From NCBI RefSeq assembly GCF_009914755.1, contig NC_060931.1: DNA of 64,000 nucleotides. One strand, 5' to 3'. The translations under genes and the position numbers were made by a program. The DNA is from the human T2T-CHM13v2.0 reference genome, Homo sapiens. Below the pieces are notes generated by a model, which saw only the letters and a list, made by a program, of their open reading frames with translations, did not search any database and was not told the origin of the DNA. Every line of letters starts with the position of its first letter. The first letter of the stretch is position 1. This document shows positions 1 through 14,745 of the stretch, in pieces.

Positions 1-380
1 TTTTAAACCCTGCATACATTAGGTATTTGTCCTAATGCTCTCCCTCCCCTTGTCCCCCACCCCCCAACAGACCCCAGTGTGTGATGTTCCCCTCCCTGTG
101 TCCATGTGTTCTCATTGTTTGACTCCCGCCTATGAGTGAGAACATGCAGTGTTTGGTTTTCTGTTCCTGTGTTAGTTTGCTGGGAATGATGGCTTCCAGC
201 TTCATCCATGTCCCTGCAAAGGACATGAACTCATTCTTTTTTATAGCTGCATAGTATTCCATGGTGTATATGTGCCACATTTTCTTAATCCAGTCTGTCG
301 TTGATGGGCATTTGGGTTGATTCCAAGTCTTTGCTATCGTAAATAGTGCCGCAATAAACATATGCATGCCTGTGTCTTTA
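1..380 (-). mobile_element. L1PA (about L1PA8-type) 3' fragment: 3'UTR and ORF2 C-terminus; runs off the window start
   Basis: ORF 32..487 contains the L1 ORF2p C-terminal motif (MFIAALFTIAKTWNQPKCPS...KKMWHIYTMEYYAAIKKNE). It abuts the MST LTR at 'ttta'. Confidence 0.95.
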
Positions 381-721
381 ATTGGCTCAAGGTTCTGCAG
401 GCTGTACAGGAAGCATAGTGGCATCTGCTTCTGGGGAGGCCTCAGGAAGCTTTTACTCATGGTGGAGGGTGAAGCAGGAGTAGGCACTTCACATGGCTGG
501 ATCAGGAGCGAGAGAGAGAGAGGAAGGTGTCATGCTCTTTTAAACAACCAGATTTTGTAAGAACTCACTATCATGAGGACAGCACCAAAGGGATGGGGCT
601 AAACCATTCGTGAGAAATCCGCCTCCATGATCCAGTCACCTCCCACCAGACCCCACCTCCAACACTGGGGATTACAATTCAACATGAGATTTGGGGGGTG
701 ACAAATATCCAAACCATGTCA
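378..721 (-). mobile_element. MST (MSTA/MSTB) MaLR LTR, partial, interrupted by the L1
   Basis: attggctcaaggttctgcaggctgtacaggaagcat...gggattacaattcaacatgagatttgg...aaaccatgtca, the typical MST reverse-strand sequence. Confidence 0.9.
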
Positions 722-734
722 GCAGATGTCACAC

Positions 735-945
735 AGCTCAAAGCACCAATCCTCGAATGATATGGCTGTTCTTTCTGGCTGGCCCCACCCTGAGTCACCC
801 CATGGGTATAAACTGCCAGATGGTTGGAGGGGCCCACCGTGAACAGACACTCCTGTCGCTTGGGACCTTCTAGGAGTTCAGGGACTTTCTCCCAGGACCT
901 GGGACAGAGGTCAGGCCTTTCTTTGGGTAAAGTTAATTCCTCACG
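735..945. mobile_element. MER21-like LTR fragment
   Basis: ccccaccctgagtcacc...agacactcctgtc...ctcccaggacctgggacagagg resembles MER21. Confidence 0.6.
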
Positions 946-2489
946 AGGTAGCAGGGATGGTTTCTGGGCAATGGAAAGGAGTGTTGGTTATTCGGGAAGC
1001 AGAGGATGGGTCCCGCCCTAAGGACAGGGACCTGGAGGCCAGGTTGAACACAGCTTGGGTTGAAGTTATCCTTGTGTGAGACACACTAAGGGCGGTAGAA
1101 TTTTTCATGCAGAGGATTTTCAGGAAAAAGTAGCCTAACATTTGAAAAAGGGCAAAACACGGTTTCACAACCTGTGAATATCATGTCCACCTGAAGGTCA
1201 TCTGACTCATGGGAAGGGTAATTGTGTTTCACTAGCAATTGATTGAGACCCAGGTGTTTTACAACCCTGTAAAATTAGCGGTTAACTTGCAGAAATCTGA
1301 CAAAGGGTTCTCATTTTTTTCTGACTAATAGCAAAGATAACCTCAAAGTTTATGGTTTTATTGACCTACAGGACATTTACCAGTTTCTTAATATAGAATT
1401 CAGCAAACTTACTTCCTTTTCCCTCTGCCTGTTGTTCTCTTTCCCCCTGTTGATTTCTCTTTCATTCTCGTCCTCTCTCCTGTCCGCCTTTCTCTTCGCC
1501 TCTTTCCCTTGGCTCCTCACAGCCTTTCCTGTCTCCACTTCCCGTGACTCCTTCCACAATTACGGTGGCCTGAATACTCTGTTTCCTCCCCACTGTGGGG
1601 CAAGTAGAGGCTGTGTGTTCTCAATCCCAGAAAACAGGAGGTGTATTTCAGTAGCAATATTTGATTTCCCTAAGTATAGTGAAGAATAATGCCCAATTCA
1701 AAACTGGTTCATTGAGTCCCCATGTATTACTCCCTGGCGGGGAGGGTAATAGATCTTTGTGTCCTGAACTGTTCCTGCAGCTCAGGGAAAAATAAAAGAG
1801 CAGCGAGCAATAAATTATAGGATAAATGAAAATATACACAGGACCTCTGTGATTTTGTCTGAATGCAACACTGGGTTCTAATCAATATAATGTATTTTTT
1901 AAAATAGCCCATTATAATATAATGGGGCAATAAATACTGATAAACGTGTTCCCAGTGAGTCATTCCTTTTGGAATAATGACTATTTGATTATAGAATGAT
2001 TTGGCTTTTAATTTACACCAGCGCTGAATGTGTTCCTGTTAACTTAATATTCTCCCGCTGGTGAGTGCAGGCCGGTCCCAGACAATGATGAATGGAAACA
2101 CAGTGGGGAGCTTCATTATGGAGCAGCTCCCGTGTGGGGCCACCCTGGGTTGTGTGTCCTGCAGGCTTCCAGATCCATTCGGAATGAGTCTTCCTGCTCC
2201 CGGGGCACTGCCTGGTCTGGCGGGGCAGTTGAGTGGGTGGGGCACAGGGTGTGTCTGTATCCCCTCTTGCCTTTCTCTATCAATGGACTCTGGGTGACGT
2301 AAAACCTGGCGCATTCAGTCATTTAAAAGGACTTCTTTAAGAGCCTGCTCTGTGCCAGGCACTGTTTAAGGGCAGTAGTGGAAGAAAAAAGTAACCACAA
2401 AACAAGAACCCTGGAGTGTGGCATTTTGGGAAAGGACAGGAATGCTGCGCGAGATAAAGCCAGGCGCTGGTTAAAGGGGGAGTGTGGCC

Positions 2490-3529
2490 TTTACTCAGTA
2501 GTGACCCTTGCAATGGGGCAGGTGCTGCAGTGAGGTCGGAATGCAACTGGGATTTGTGCAGAGGCGACGGAGCGCCCTAAAGGGAAAGGGGGCAGGTGAG
2601 CTGGGCTCCAGCAGAGACTGGGTTTGTTACCTGGTGCTTGTCTGAAAGGAGAAGCAAACTTCTCACATCTGTGACAGGAGGTGGTTGTGCTGATTAGAGC
2701 AAGGAGCCCACTGGGCTGGAGGTGGAGAGTGGGAGATATTCTTCTGAATGTTTGCATTTCTGAGAGAAGCCCCCAGGTATCTGAGAAGACCTTCTGGGTG
2801 GTGGAAGATCATCACGAAGGGGGAGAGAAAGGATGTGCAACTGCAAGCTTTATGCAGTAGCTGCCGTAAGGGCTTCCCAGGGCCTGTCACCAGATATCAG
2901 CTGGAACGGACAGTAACCCTCCAAGCAACGTTGAGCTTTCTCAGGCAGGCACTTTAGCAGTGCTAGGGTCACTTTAGCAGTACCAGGGATTTGACCTTGG
3001 GCTGTTAGATACTATGCAGCCATAAAAAAGGATGAGTTCATGTCCTTTGTAGGGACATGGGTGAAATTGGAAATCATCATTCTCAGTAAACTATCGCAAG
3101 AACAAAAAACCAAACACCGCATATTCTCACTCATAGGTGGGAATTGAACAATGAGAACACATGGACACAGGAAGGGGAACATCACACTCTGGGGACTGTG
3201 GTGGGGTGGGGGGAGGGGGGAGGGATAGCACTGGGAGATATACCTAATGCTAGATGACGAGTTAGTGGGTGCAGCGCACCAGCATGGCACATGTATACAT
3301 ATGTAACTAACCTGCACATTGTGCACATGTACCCTAAAACTTAAAGTATAATAATAATAATAAAAAAAATGCTGTTAGTGTCCTTTAAGTCTTTTAGCAT
3401 GGAATGGGGATGGGGATGAAATCTTTTGTGCTGAGTGTCTGCTGTTTTTATAGCCAAAGTTGAGGCCTGGTTAAAGAGAGGGCTCAGAGGAGCTGGACTA
3501 GAGTTTGGTCAAGAGGATGGTTTTTATCA
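2490..3529 (-). mobile_element. MER67/MER31-family ERV1 LTR, split by the young L1 at 3009-3370
   Basis: Reverse complement begins TGATAAAAACCATCCTCTTGACCAAACTCTAGTCCAGCTCCTCTGAGCCCTCT, the MER31/MER67 5' signature. Confidence 0.7.
3009..3370 (+). mobile_element. Young 5'-truncated L1 (L1PA2/L1PA3-like) 3' end with poly(A)
   Basis: Near-consensus 3'UTR with intact CpGs. It has GAG (not ACA/ACG) at the Ta-diagnostic site (gctagatgacGAGttagtggg). Flanking repeat gctgttag at 3001-3008 and 3371-3378. Confidence 0.95.
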
Positions 3530-3817
3530 ATTCCCATTAGCATGAGGAAGGGATTTCCTTCATCTACAACCCTTTTCCCTCTCCTCTCTCTCTCTCACCA
3601 CCCAGCTGCCTCCCAGACACTTCTTCCAGCTACAAGGGTGGAGCTGGGGTTAGACCTCCAGCAAGCAATGTTCTAAGCTTTGGACCACAGCAGTCATCCC
3701 ATTCTCTAGGACAGAAAAAATGAGAATTGTCTGGCAAGAATTTCTGTTTTACTAAGTGAATTGTAGACTAACTAGTCATTCAACACTGTCATCCCCAAAC
3801 TGAAGATGTCTGAAGCC

Positions 3818-4089
3818 GGCCAGACACAGTGGCTCATGCCTTTAATCCTAGCACTTTGGGAGGCCAAGGTAGGAGAATCGTTTGAGGCCAGGAGTTAGAG
3901 ACCAGCCTGTGCAACACAGGAAGACCTTGTCTCTATAAAACATTAAGCTGGGCATGGTGGTGACTGCTTGTATTCCCAGGTATTTGGGAGGCTGAGCCCA
4001 ACAGTTTGAAGTTACACTGAGCTATGATTGCACCACTGCACTCCAACATGGGTGAAGAGTTACAGCCTGTGTCTTAAAAAAAAAAAAAA
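3818..4089 (+). mobile_element. AluJ with internal deletion
   Basis: Diverged dimeric Alu with A-tail and AluJ-type gagctatgattgcacc. Confidence 0.9.
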
Positions 4090-4166
4090 TGTCTACAGCT
4101 GAATTCATCATCTTCTCCTAAAACATTCCCTTCTTCTCTTACTCATTTATATTGATGGCTGTTCGC

Positions 4167-4480
4167 ATGGTGTGCTGGTAAGTGTTTAGCTTAGAACATT
4201 GCTGCCGGAGGTCTACCCCCAGCTCTGCCCTTGCAGTGGAAGAGGTGTCTGGGAGGCAGCTGGTTGGGGAGAGAGAGAGGGAAAAGGGATTGTAGATGAA
4301 GCAAATTTCCTCCTCACGTTAACAGGCTCATGAAAAACATACCCTGAATTCCTCGGTGTAAATACTTCCACCAAGGCTGATTCTGAGGGTGTCACATGTT
4401 GTCACTGAAGGTGGCATTGGAAGGAGCGGCACACCATTGGCTCTAGTGAACTGGTGTGAGCTGACTTCAGCCAACTGCTG
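4167..4480. mobile_element. MER63-like hAT-Blackjack DNA transposon
   Basis: Termini ggtgtgctggtaagtgttta ... ttggctctagtgaactggtgtgagctgacttcagc resemble the MER63 TIRs. Confidence 0.55.
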
Positions 4481-4694
4481 GCTGCACCACTATCCAGGTC
4501 ACTCAAGCTTGAAACCTAACCTTCAACGTGATTCTCTGCCTTTCCCTTTTCTTCCAACATCCGGCATCAGGAGAAAAGGCTGGGCTTTCCCTCCCACCCA
4601 AGCCCTGTGGACAGTCATGGCACACTCATGCAAACATGTCACTAGGAGGTGAGGTCTCAGTCTCCATGGTGTCCATTTGGATTATGGATTCACA

Positions 4695-4943
4695 CTGGGG
4701 CTAATAACACCCTCTAAGGGAATTTGGGAAATTGGTGGGGGCATTCCTTATTGTCACACCAAGGGATCATTATGGGCATTAAGAGGATAAGATCCAAGGA
4801 TGTCCCTCAATGTGCAGAACGGCACTGTCCAAGAAAGAGTTGTTCTTGTTGAGCATGACATTAAAATATTATGCAAGGGTGCAAAATTTGTGCAAAATTT
4901 GTTTATAACATTTGAGCCTAGAGCCGAATTCCATTTTACATAT
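4695..4943. mobile_element. MER20B-like hAT-Charlie fragment
   Basis: gggaatttgggaaattggtgggggcatt...ttgtcaca...ggcatt pattern. Confidence 0.45.
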
Positions 4944-4959
4944 AAGCACAGAGTGTTTT

Positions 4960-5234
4960 GTTTTATAATTTATTTTTTTATTGTACTTTAAGTTCTAGGG
5001 TACATGTGCACAACGTGCAGGTTTGTTATATAGATATACATGTGCCATGTTGGTGTGCTGTACCCATTAACTCGTCATTTACATTAGGTATTTCTCCTAA
5101 TGCTATCCCTCCTCCAGCCCCCCACCCCATGACAGGCCCCGGTGTGTGATGTTCCCCACCCTGTGTCCAGGTGTTCTCAATGTTCAGTTCCCACCTATGA
5201 GTGGGAACATGCGGTGTTTGGTTTTCTGTCCTTG
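4960..5234 (-). mobile_element. L1PA (about PA5-6) 3' fragment
   Basis: poly(T) then tactttaagttctagggtacatgtgcacaacgtgc. TSD aagcacagagt at 4944 and 5235. Confidence 0.95.
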
Positions 5235-6877
5235 AAGCACAGAGTATTTTTGATTGTTTTTTTTATATGCCAACTCAAACGGCTTTTATTCTGGTGTTTG
5301 CCCTTACCTTTCTCTTTTGCTTTTCTGTACTTAAATGAATTAGCTTCTAGTCTTATTTTTCCAGAATCCAAATGTACTCATTATATGTATGTGCCAGACA
5401 ATATAGTTTATTATTTTGGGGATAGCTGTGTTCAAACATCAAACAGACACCATTTTATTATAAATTATTTATAGCTCCTTTAATAAAGTAAGGCATTACA
5501 TTTATTTTTTGGAATTATGTACTTATATTATCTTTGGATTTTTTGGGAATTTTTTGAGAGGACATAGAAGATAGGACTTTGGAATGTCAAATGCCAGGGG
5601 ACAGGCAGAAAATCGTTATTCGTCTCTTCTACAAATACTGCAACTGCAAAGCGAAGCCAGTCTGATGCTAGAAACATTAAAAAAAAAAAAACTGTGCACA
5701 TTTGTTCAAAAGAGTATATTTCTAGACCGATAAATGGAGTTTTCTAAGTGTTGCAAATAAAATTCTTGTATAGGAATACTCATATGTCAGAATTAACTTT
5801 TTTGTTCCTTTCTGCATCTTTTTAGGCTAATCTGCTTTCATTTGCGTGATTTAAATTATAGCAGCCCAGGTGGGATGATATTAAAAATATCCAACTCTCG
5901 GGACAGCCAAGCAACTGCTCTAGAAAGGACTCTGCCAGTGCAGGAAAGAAGGTTCCGGAGCCCCTGCTGGGCCTGAGCTTAAGCTTTTAGTTGCTGGATG
6001 GTGCTGAGGTCTATGGGGTCAAAGGTTTGAATGGCTGGGTTGGGAAGGTCATTTAGGGGTTTGGGGCTGTGGATGTTTATCATCCGGCATGGAAAGGTTT
6101 CAATGTCTTATCAACAGGGGTGGCTGTACAGGTGCTTACAGGCTGAATCGAACCCCAAGCCCAGATGGTAACATCAAATATAGCACTGAGCTCTCCAGAG
6201 AAAGCGGGGTGAGGGATGGGCTATGTCATTATGAATTCCAGGCACTCTGGTGGGGCCTCGTCTGCTAGATCCTGCTCTATGCCCGGGCGTCCCTGACTGC
6301 TCCAACATATGTCTGGCTTGGCACTTGCTCTGGTGCCACTGCCCATGACTTCTGAGGACTTAGCTCACTGTCAGGTATTGATTTATGATTTTATTAAAAT
6401 GTGATCAAAGGTGCACTGGGATGATTAATCACTCCCACCACTACCATCTAAAGCCACTCAGCAGCTGCCAAGTGTCGGGGAGAGACATATGGATCAGCGC
6501 TAAGCAGGCTGGATGCCAGGGCCTCGGCGCAGTCGGGGGCTCCCATCACTCGAGGACGCTGTGGGCAGCCTGGGCTCCCTGGTGCCAGCTCGGCTCAGAC
6601 CAGCCCTGACTGACAGGCTTTGACCTCTCCAACTGAGCTTCGGCGAGTGTCAAGTTAGATCATATACACCAAGGTGCCAGGATATAATGCAAAGTATTTC
6701 TCAATGTTCACGTTTTTACAACAATACAGTTTTTTTTTTAACATCAAAGCAGTTCAGAATAGCACATGGTAGACGTTTAAGAAAATGGTTATTTACAGAA
6801 ATATCCAAAGACATTTATTTTTCACGTTCAACGTGGTCCCCTTTTTGCTACATTTTAATTTACCCTTTACCAAATGA

Positions 6878-7202
<325 letters not shown>

Positions 7203-7464
7203 ACCAAATGATTCTGAACTCCAGCTTCACGGCCTGCCTTGTGCCTTCTTGGAATATCAGGCTGCTGTGATTGGAACTGGAAGAGGGGATGTGGAGGGGA
7301 GGGCTGGTGGAGGAACAGAGCCAAAATTACTGCAGGAATGGGGAGAGGACATACAGTCACTCGGGTACAGATGTCCCCCGCCCGTACCCTCAACTGGAAC
7401 CTCTGTGAACCCCTTTAAAGGATCGTTAGCCACCTTCTTCCCAACATCCCAACCTCTCTCTAGA

Positions 7465-7978
7465 TATTTTTTTTATTATGGTAAAATACAGATAACACAA
7501 AAGTAACCATCTTAGCCACTTTCAAATGTACAGTTTAGTAGTGTTAAGTCCATTCACACGATTGTGCAACCACCACCAGCATCCAGCTCGTGAGCTTTGT
7601 CACCTGCAAAACTGAAACCCTGTCCCTGTTAAACATGTCACCCTCTCCCCTCCCACCAGCCCTGGGCGCGCACGATTCTGCTTTCTGTCTGTATGGATTT
7701 GATGACTCTGGGGACCTCGTATGAGTGGAATCATGCAGTATTTGTCTTTTTGTGACTGGCTTCTTCCACTTAGCATGACGTCCTCAAGGCATGTGAAGCA
7801 TGTTGAGGCGTGTGAAGCATGTTGAAGCATGTGTCAGAATTTCCTTCCTTGTTAAGGCTGAATCCAGTTCCGTTGCATGGATGGACCACATTTTGTTTAT
7901 CCATCATCCATTGATAGGCACTTGGGTTGCTTCCATTTTTCAGCTGCTATGATAAGGCTGCTGTGGACATGGGTGCAT
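7465..7978 (-). mobile_element. L1MB 3' fragment
   Basis: attatggtaaaatac...aaactgaaaccctgt...gtggaatcatgcagtatttgtctttttgtgactggctt. Confidence 0.85.
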
Positions 7979-9324
7979 TTCCTCCGGTTCTAATCACTGA
8001 AGAGCACACTTGCCATTTCCAAATCTTTTCAAATATACTACATTTTTCTCCTGGATCCAGTATTATTTCAGTTTCATAAGTACACACCCCTACCCAGGTG
8101 CCCTACGTGGAATCAGCTTGGGCCTTGCCTCCACCTCACCTTTGCTCCTGCTCTGTCCCTGCTGAGAAAGGGTCTCCATCCTGCTCTGCCCTCTTCCCGC
8201 CCCTCCCTGGTCTTAGTATTTACGTACTTTCCAAAACCCTGGCTTTGCTCCCTGTCTCTAGAACTGCCCAACCCTTGGTTCCATCAGTTAAATCCAGCGT
8301 GGCTGGTTTGTTTGCAGGCAGTTCCTTTGGATGTGACTACCTGAGCCTTGGCCCTTCCTTCCCCTTCCAGTAACCACAGCACCCCAGACAACGAAGGCTG
8401 AGTTCACAGAACAGAGTTCAGTATTGATATTAAAGGAAACTTACAATAAAGCTAATCAAACATGTAATCAATTGCATGCACCATGGTTACGATGTAACTT
8501 GGGAATTAGGCATGACTGATAAGCAGCTCCGAAGGGACTGTAGTTAGTTTCACTTTGATGCATCCTCTCTGGGCCTCTCCAGAGTCAGTGGGGAGTGCTG
8601 TGTGTGTTCGCACACAGGTGCATGTGTGTGCTGGAGGGAGAAAAGAGGATGGGAAAGGGTCATTTGGAGAGGTAGTAAGTCACAGGGCAGATGGGAAGGA
8701 GATTTGTGTCTGTGGCCTTGACCTCTAATAGTGGGATGGGGCAGGGAGTATTCCTTCTGCAATTGCTTTCTCTCTCCCACCTTCCACCTGCCCCCTCTCT
8801 GCTTTGTGTCCCTGAAACAGTTTCCCATTTTCTTTCTTTTGTTTTTCCTCCTTCTGTCCCTGACCTAAAGAGAACAGGCTGGTGGCCTTAAATCCTGGCA
8901 GGACATGCCAAATTTTAGGGTAAGAGGAAGACTCTTTGCTTAAAAATTTCTCTGTGCAGTTGCCTGAAATTCTAGCCACTGATTTACCTGGTCAAGTCCT
9001 CTGATGGGGTACACAGGGATATTGAAACCTCGGGGTAGATCATGGGACATTTTAAAACAGTATTCCCAACTTGCAGGCTGAGGAGTTACTGCATGGGGTC
9101 TGTGCTTGTCTTACTTTGAATCATTGTCTTGCTCATATTTACCCAATTTTAAAAACATGTGCAAGGTTGCATGAGGATTAGTCAACTCTACATTTAAAGT
9201 ATTTACTGAGCCCAGTTCTTTATCATTGTGTATATTTAATCAACAGAAACCAAAAGCACGATTACTGTCTCGTGAAGTGTTTTTGCAGTTAAAAAGAGAT
9301 CTGCCTTTTAAAGCTCATATTCTA

Positions 9325-9629
9325 TTTTTTTCTTTCTTTTTTTTGAGATGGAATCTCACTCTGTCGCCTGGGCTAGAGCGCAGTGGCACAATCTTGACTT
9401 ACTGCAACCTCCACCTCCCGGTTCAAGCAATTCTCCTGCCTCAGCCTCCTGAGTAGCTGGGATTACAGGTGCCCACCACTACACTCAGCTAATTTTTTTG
9501 TATTTTTAGTAGAGGTGGGCTTTCACCATGTTGGCTGGCTGGGGTGGTCTCGAACTCCTGACCTGGTGATCCACCCACCTCGGCCTCCCAAGGTGTTAGG
9601 ATTACAGGTGTGAGCCACTGCAGCCGGCC
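9325..9629 (-). mobile_element. AluS
   Basis: Full-length; TSD (c)tcatattct. Confidence 0.97.
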
Positions 9630-10466
9630 TCATATTCTGTTTTCTTCTTATTGAAGTCCCTTTGTTCTTGTGAAAGCAAACTGCCTTCTGCTCCCTGGAC
9701 ATCCCATCCGCTTTCACCTCTACCCCTTTGCTCATATTTTATTTTACTTCATTTATAAAATCTTATTTATATTTTATCATTTTACATTATATTTTGTAAA
9801 TGTGATCTTCTATGCATTTCCAGGAGTTGCAATCCAAACAGTCATAAAGGTTGCTTGCCATCTTCCATGAAGCTTTCTCCAACTCCTCAGCCAGAAACAC
9901 CGTCTCCCTCCTTGTACTCATATAACACAGAGTTTCTTGCTTTGAGTACTTAATACATTTAATCTCAGGTTTTAATTACTTGTGTACTACCTTATCACTC
10001 ATAGGTATTAGGTACCTCCTCAGCTCATTTGGTTTATTTTTAGAGCCACAACAGATATTGCACACAAATTATGCACTCAGTGCATGTTTTTGAATCATGT
10101 TGAATGGAAATGTCAGCAAAAGGCTAGAGAGGTAGCCAATGGACTTGAAATTTTATCACCTAAAATTTTAAATCCTGTTGGTTAAACCCATTATATTAAT
10201 TAGGCATTCTTGTCCCAACCTTTCCTACTCCCCTTATTGTAATCAAGGATTAGTCATTCCGTGTGTTCCATCCCCAGGGATTTTGCTCGCTGTTGATAAC
10301 AGTGGGTGCTGAGAGTTAATCAGTGATTTCAGGTCAGTGCCGCAAGCTGAGCTGACACAGGAAAGGCCGTCCTCCTTTTCCAATGCATACGCATGGTAGA
10401 TAAATCAAACAGCCACAACAACTACAACAGTAACAATAAAGGTTTATTTATAGAGCTGAGTTTCTT

Positions 10467-10783
10467 TCTTTTTTTTTTTTTTTTTTTTTTTTTTTTGCGA
10501 TGGAGTCTCGCTCTGTCACCCAGGCTGGAGTGCAGTGTCACGATCTCGGCTTACTGCAAGCTCCGCCTCCCGGGTTCACGCCATTCTTCTGCCTCAGCCT
10601 CCTGAATAGCTGGGACTACAGGCACCCGCCACCACACCCAACTAATTTTTTTTTGGTATTCTTTTAGTAGAGACAGGGTTTCACCATGTTAGCCAGGATG
10701 GTCTCGATCTCCTGACCTTGTGATCCACCCACCTCGGCCTCCCAAAGTGCTGGGATTACAGGTGTGAGCCACCGTGCCCGGCC
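10467..10783 (-). mobile_element. AluY-like
   Basis: Diagnostic ctgcaagctccgcctcccgggttcacgccattct; TSD gagctgagtttctt at 10453 and 10784. Confidence 0.95.
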
Positions 10784-12048
10784 GAGCTGAGTTTCTTAAG
10801 ACAGAGAAATCCTCAGGCAAAAAGATGAAACACAAAATCAGAATGATGCTTGACTATGGGGGGAGATGGATCTTCACATCTGTGCAGACAGGTAGCTGGG
10901 GCCATGGTCAGCGTGCATGAGGACTGGAAGATAGCTAGCTGCGTAAATCCACAGGTTACAAAATGCTGCCCCATACGTGAAGTCATGGAAGACTGTTGTC
11001 TACTCACTTGGGGAAGCCACAGGGAACCCTGACATTTGGTGAGGTCAAGGGTGAAAAAGAAACCCTGCACTTCCCTGTACTTCACAGGTGTGGTCACCTG
11101 AACTCACGCTAAGTACACAGATCAGGGACCCTACGTTGACAAGTAACAGAAGCTGGTCCTGGGTGGGTAGAACCCATGGATCTCTTGGACAAAGCAAGCA
11201 TGGACTCCTCTGTGCGGGTGTTTCCATGCACCAGGGCACTCAGAGCACCCACAGGAATGGTCAGCACTGAATGTGAGTTTAAACAAATAGCTAAAAACAA
11301 ATAAAAGATTCAGCCATTTTTTTTAAAGGAAGAATGGCAAACACAGATGATTTGCTGCCTAACAATGGAAGGTAATAGAATCTTTATAATATATACTTAA
11401 AATGTTAAAAGAAATGAATAAAACCATAAAGCAAGAACATGATATTATAAAACACAATAGGCTTATTTTAAACATAACCAAAAAGTAATTCTGGAAACAA
11501 AAGAACGCTTAATGTCAAAAATGCTTGATGTAATTAATAGGAGACAGCTAAACTAAACAATGAATAATAGACAGCTGAAGAGAAAATGTATAAATTAGAA
11601 AATAGACCTGAGGAAACCATCCATTATGTGGCACAGATATCTATTAATAAAAACTGCAAATATGAAGAGAAGAGTGGAGGTTACAATGAAAAATGCATTT
11701 CTATGTGTAATTGTAGTTCCAGAAGCATGAATACAAAGAATAGGGGAGAAGAAATATTTGAAAAGATAATTGCTGGACTTTTTTGGAATTGAAGCGATAC
11801 CTAAGTTATAGAGTGATGAAGCACACTGAGTCCAGAACTGGGTAAATAAGAAAAATCCACATTGAAGTACATCATAGTAACATTATAGAACCCACAAGGA
11901 AACTGAAGAATGGGAAAGCCTTCTACAAAAGAAGAACAACTAGATTGTAAGCAGAATTCTTATCAGCAACAAGAGGTGCAAGGAGAAAATAGAAAAGCAA
12001 CAGTGACATGCTGAATGATAACATCTTTCAATCAGGATTTTATACTCA

Positions 12049-12800
<752 letters not shown>

Positions 12801-13532
12801 ATCATTAAGTATTTATTTTTTTAAAAAAGAATTATTTGGAAATAAAAAAGGTAGTACTAAAATATTGAACAAAAACCATGGTAGGTAGCCGGCAGAAGAT
12901 TGAAGATGAGTTCTAAGACATTTACATTTTGGGGGAAGCGAGAGGAATTGCTTAGTTTTAGACTTTAGGTGTACATATTAAACATGTAAAGGAACCACTG
13001 ACAGAATAAAAATGGAATGTATTCTTTCTAAACTTCTAATTAGTAGTGGAACAATTCAGGGCAGGAGAGGTGGAAAAAAGTAAGTGTGGCACTAATAGGT
13101 CCAAATATCGAATACTCAAAAAGAAAAAGAGTTAATTCACGTATTAAAAACATTCATATGGATTAGTAGATAGCAATGAAATGCTATGAGCTAGATTAAC
13201 ATGTATCAAATTGCAGAGTAATATGTACAATTGATAAAACATGTAATTTACTTATTTATTTTTTATCCTCCCAGTTGTGACAACTGATGTATAATTTAAA
13301 AAATAAAGAAATGTGTAGTAAAAATATGTAAAATTGGCTAAAATATACACAAATTCATCATGGTAATTACCTCTGGGGAGGGAAGGAGAATAATGAGATG
13401 CAGGAGGAGAAAGATGATTTTAATTTTACACGTAGTTTTCTTTTATACAAAATATTCTGAAATGAACCTGAAAAAGTTAATTGGCTTAGTTAATCCTTGC
13501 TTTCTAGCCAGTTTCCAGTATGTTACTCTTAG

Positions 13533-13868
<336 letters not shown>

Positions 13869-14649
13869 TAAAATACACATCTCCGAAGACCCATTAACTA
13901 GGTAAGTTTAATGATGGGAACTCAGGGCTTGTGGCAGCCCAGAGAGACAGGTAGTTTTTGGCAGGAAACCTTTCAGCAGCATGGTGGGGAAGTGAACGGG
14001 GTCATGCAGAAGGACACCTGGGACATCTAGCACCAGAGCGACGGTCCCTGTCCGCCACCAGGAGCAGGTGGGGAGGCAGCCACATCATTATCTACACGGT
14101 ATTGACACCTGTGCTTCCTCCCACAAAGCCGCTGCCGGGAGGTGAGGGGGCTGGCTTCCTCTAGGCATGAACACCTGGGTACATGGCTTCCTGGGAGTCC
14201 TTTTGGCCAGTTCTGAGGGAGAGGGTTTGCTCAATGTGAGAATGATGATGTGACAATATTGCACTCTCATGCCACTCACAGCAGTGGGGTTGAGAGAGCC
14301 GCCTGGATAAACACGTATCTGTTCTCTAACACAGCCCAGAACTGCAGCTCTGGAACTCATGTGAGTCCACATCAGTCTCTTGTGGTGCTGGACTGGAGTC
14401 AGAATAGTAACACCTGGTAGGTGCCAAGTAAAAAGCAGTTTCTTCCATTCAGATTTAATCAAAATCCTCTTGCTGCAATATTCTCTCCACAAAAGTGATG
14501 GGAAACAGCTTGCCTGTCCCATCCTGTTCTTCAATATTTTAAATCACACTCATCCCACATTTTCCCTCATCGTCCAGCTGTGACCCAGTGGGTGAGCTCA
14601 GCACAGCCCTGGAATGCACTGAAGAGTAGACTGGAAGTTGGCAGAAGTG

Positions 14650-14745
14650 GATTCTAAGCCACCGACCTCCTGTGTAGTCACTAGCTGTGTGACCTTGGAT
14701 GCGTCATTTCCACCTTGCTGGGCCTCACTTTCCTCACCTGTACAA
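14650..14745. mobile_element. MIR fragment
   Basis: Core cactagctgtgtgaccttgg...gggcctcactttcctcacctgta. Confidence 0.75.

Noticed and set aside
32-487. 151-aa ORF with protein-like motif
   Set aside because: Chance fusion of MST LTR sequence with the L1 ORF2 C-terminus; not a gene.
14088-14534. 148-aa ORF in unique sequence
   Set aside because: No recognisable domain, non-ATG start and no convincing splice context.
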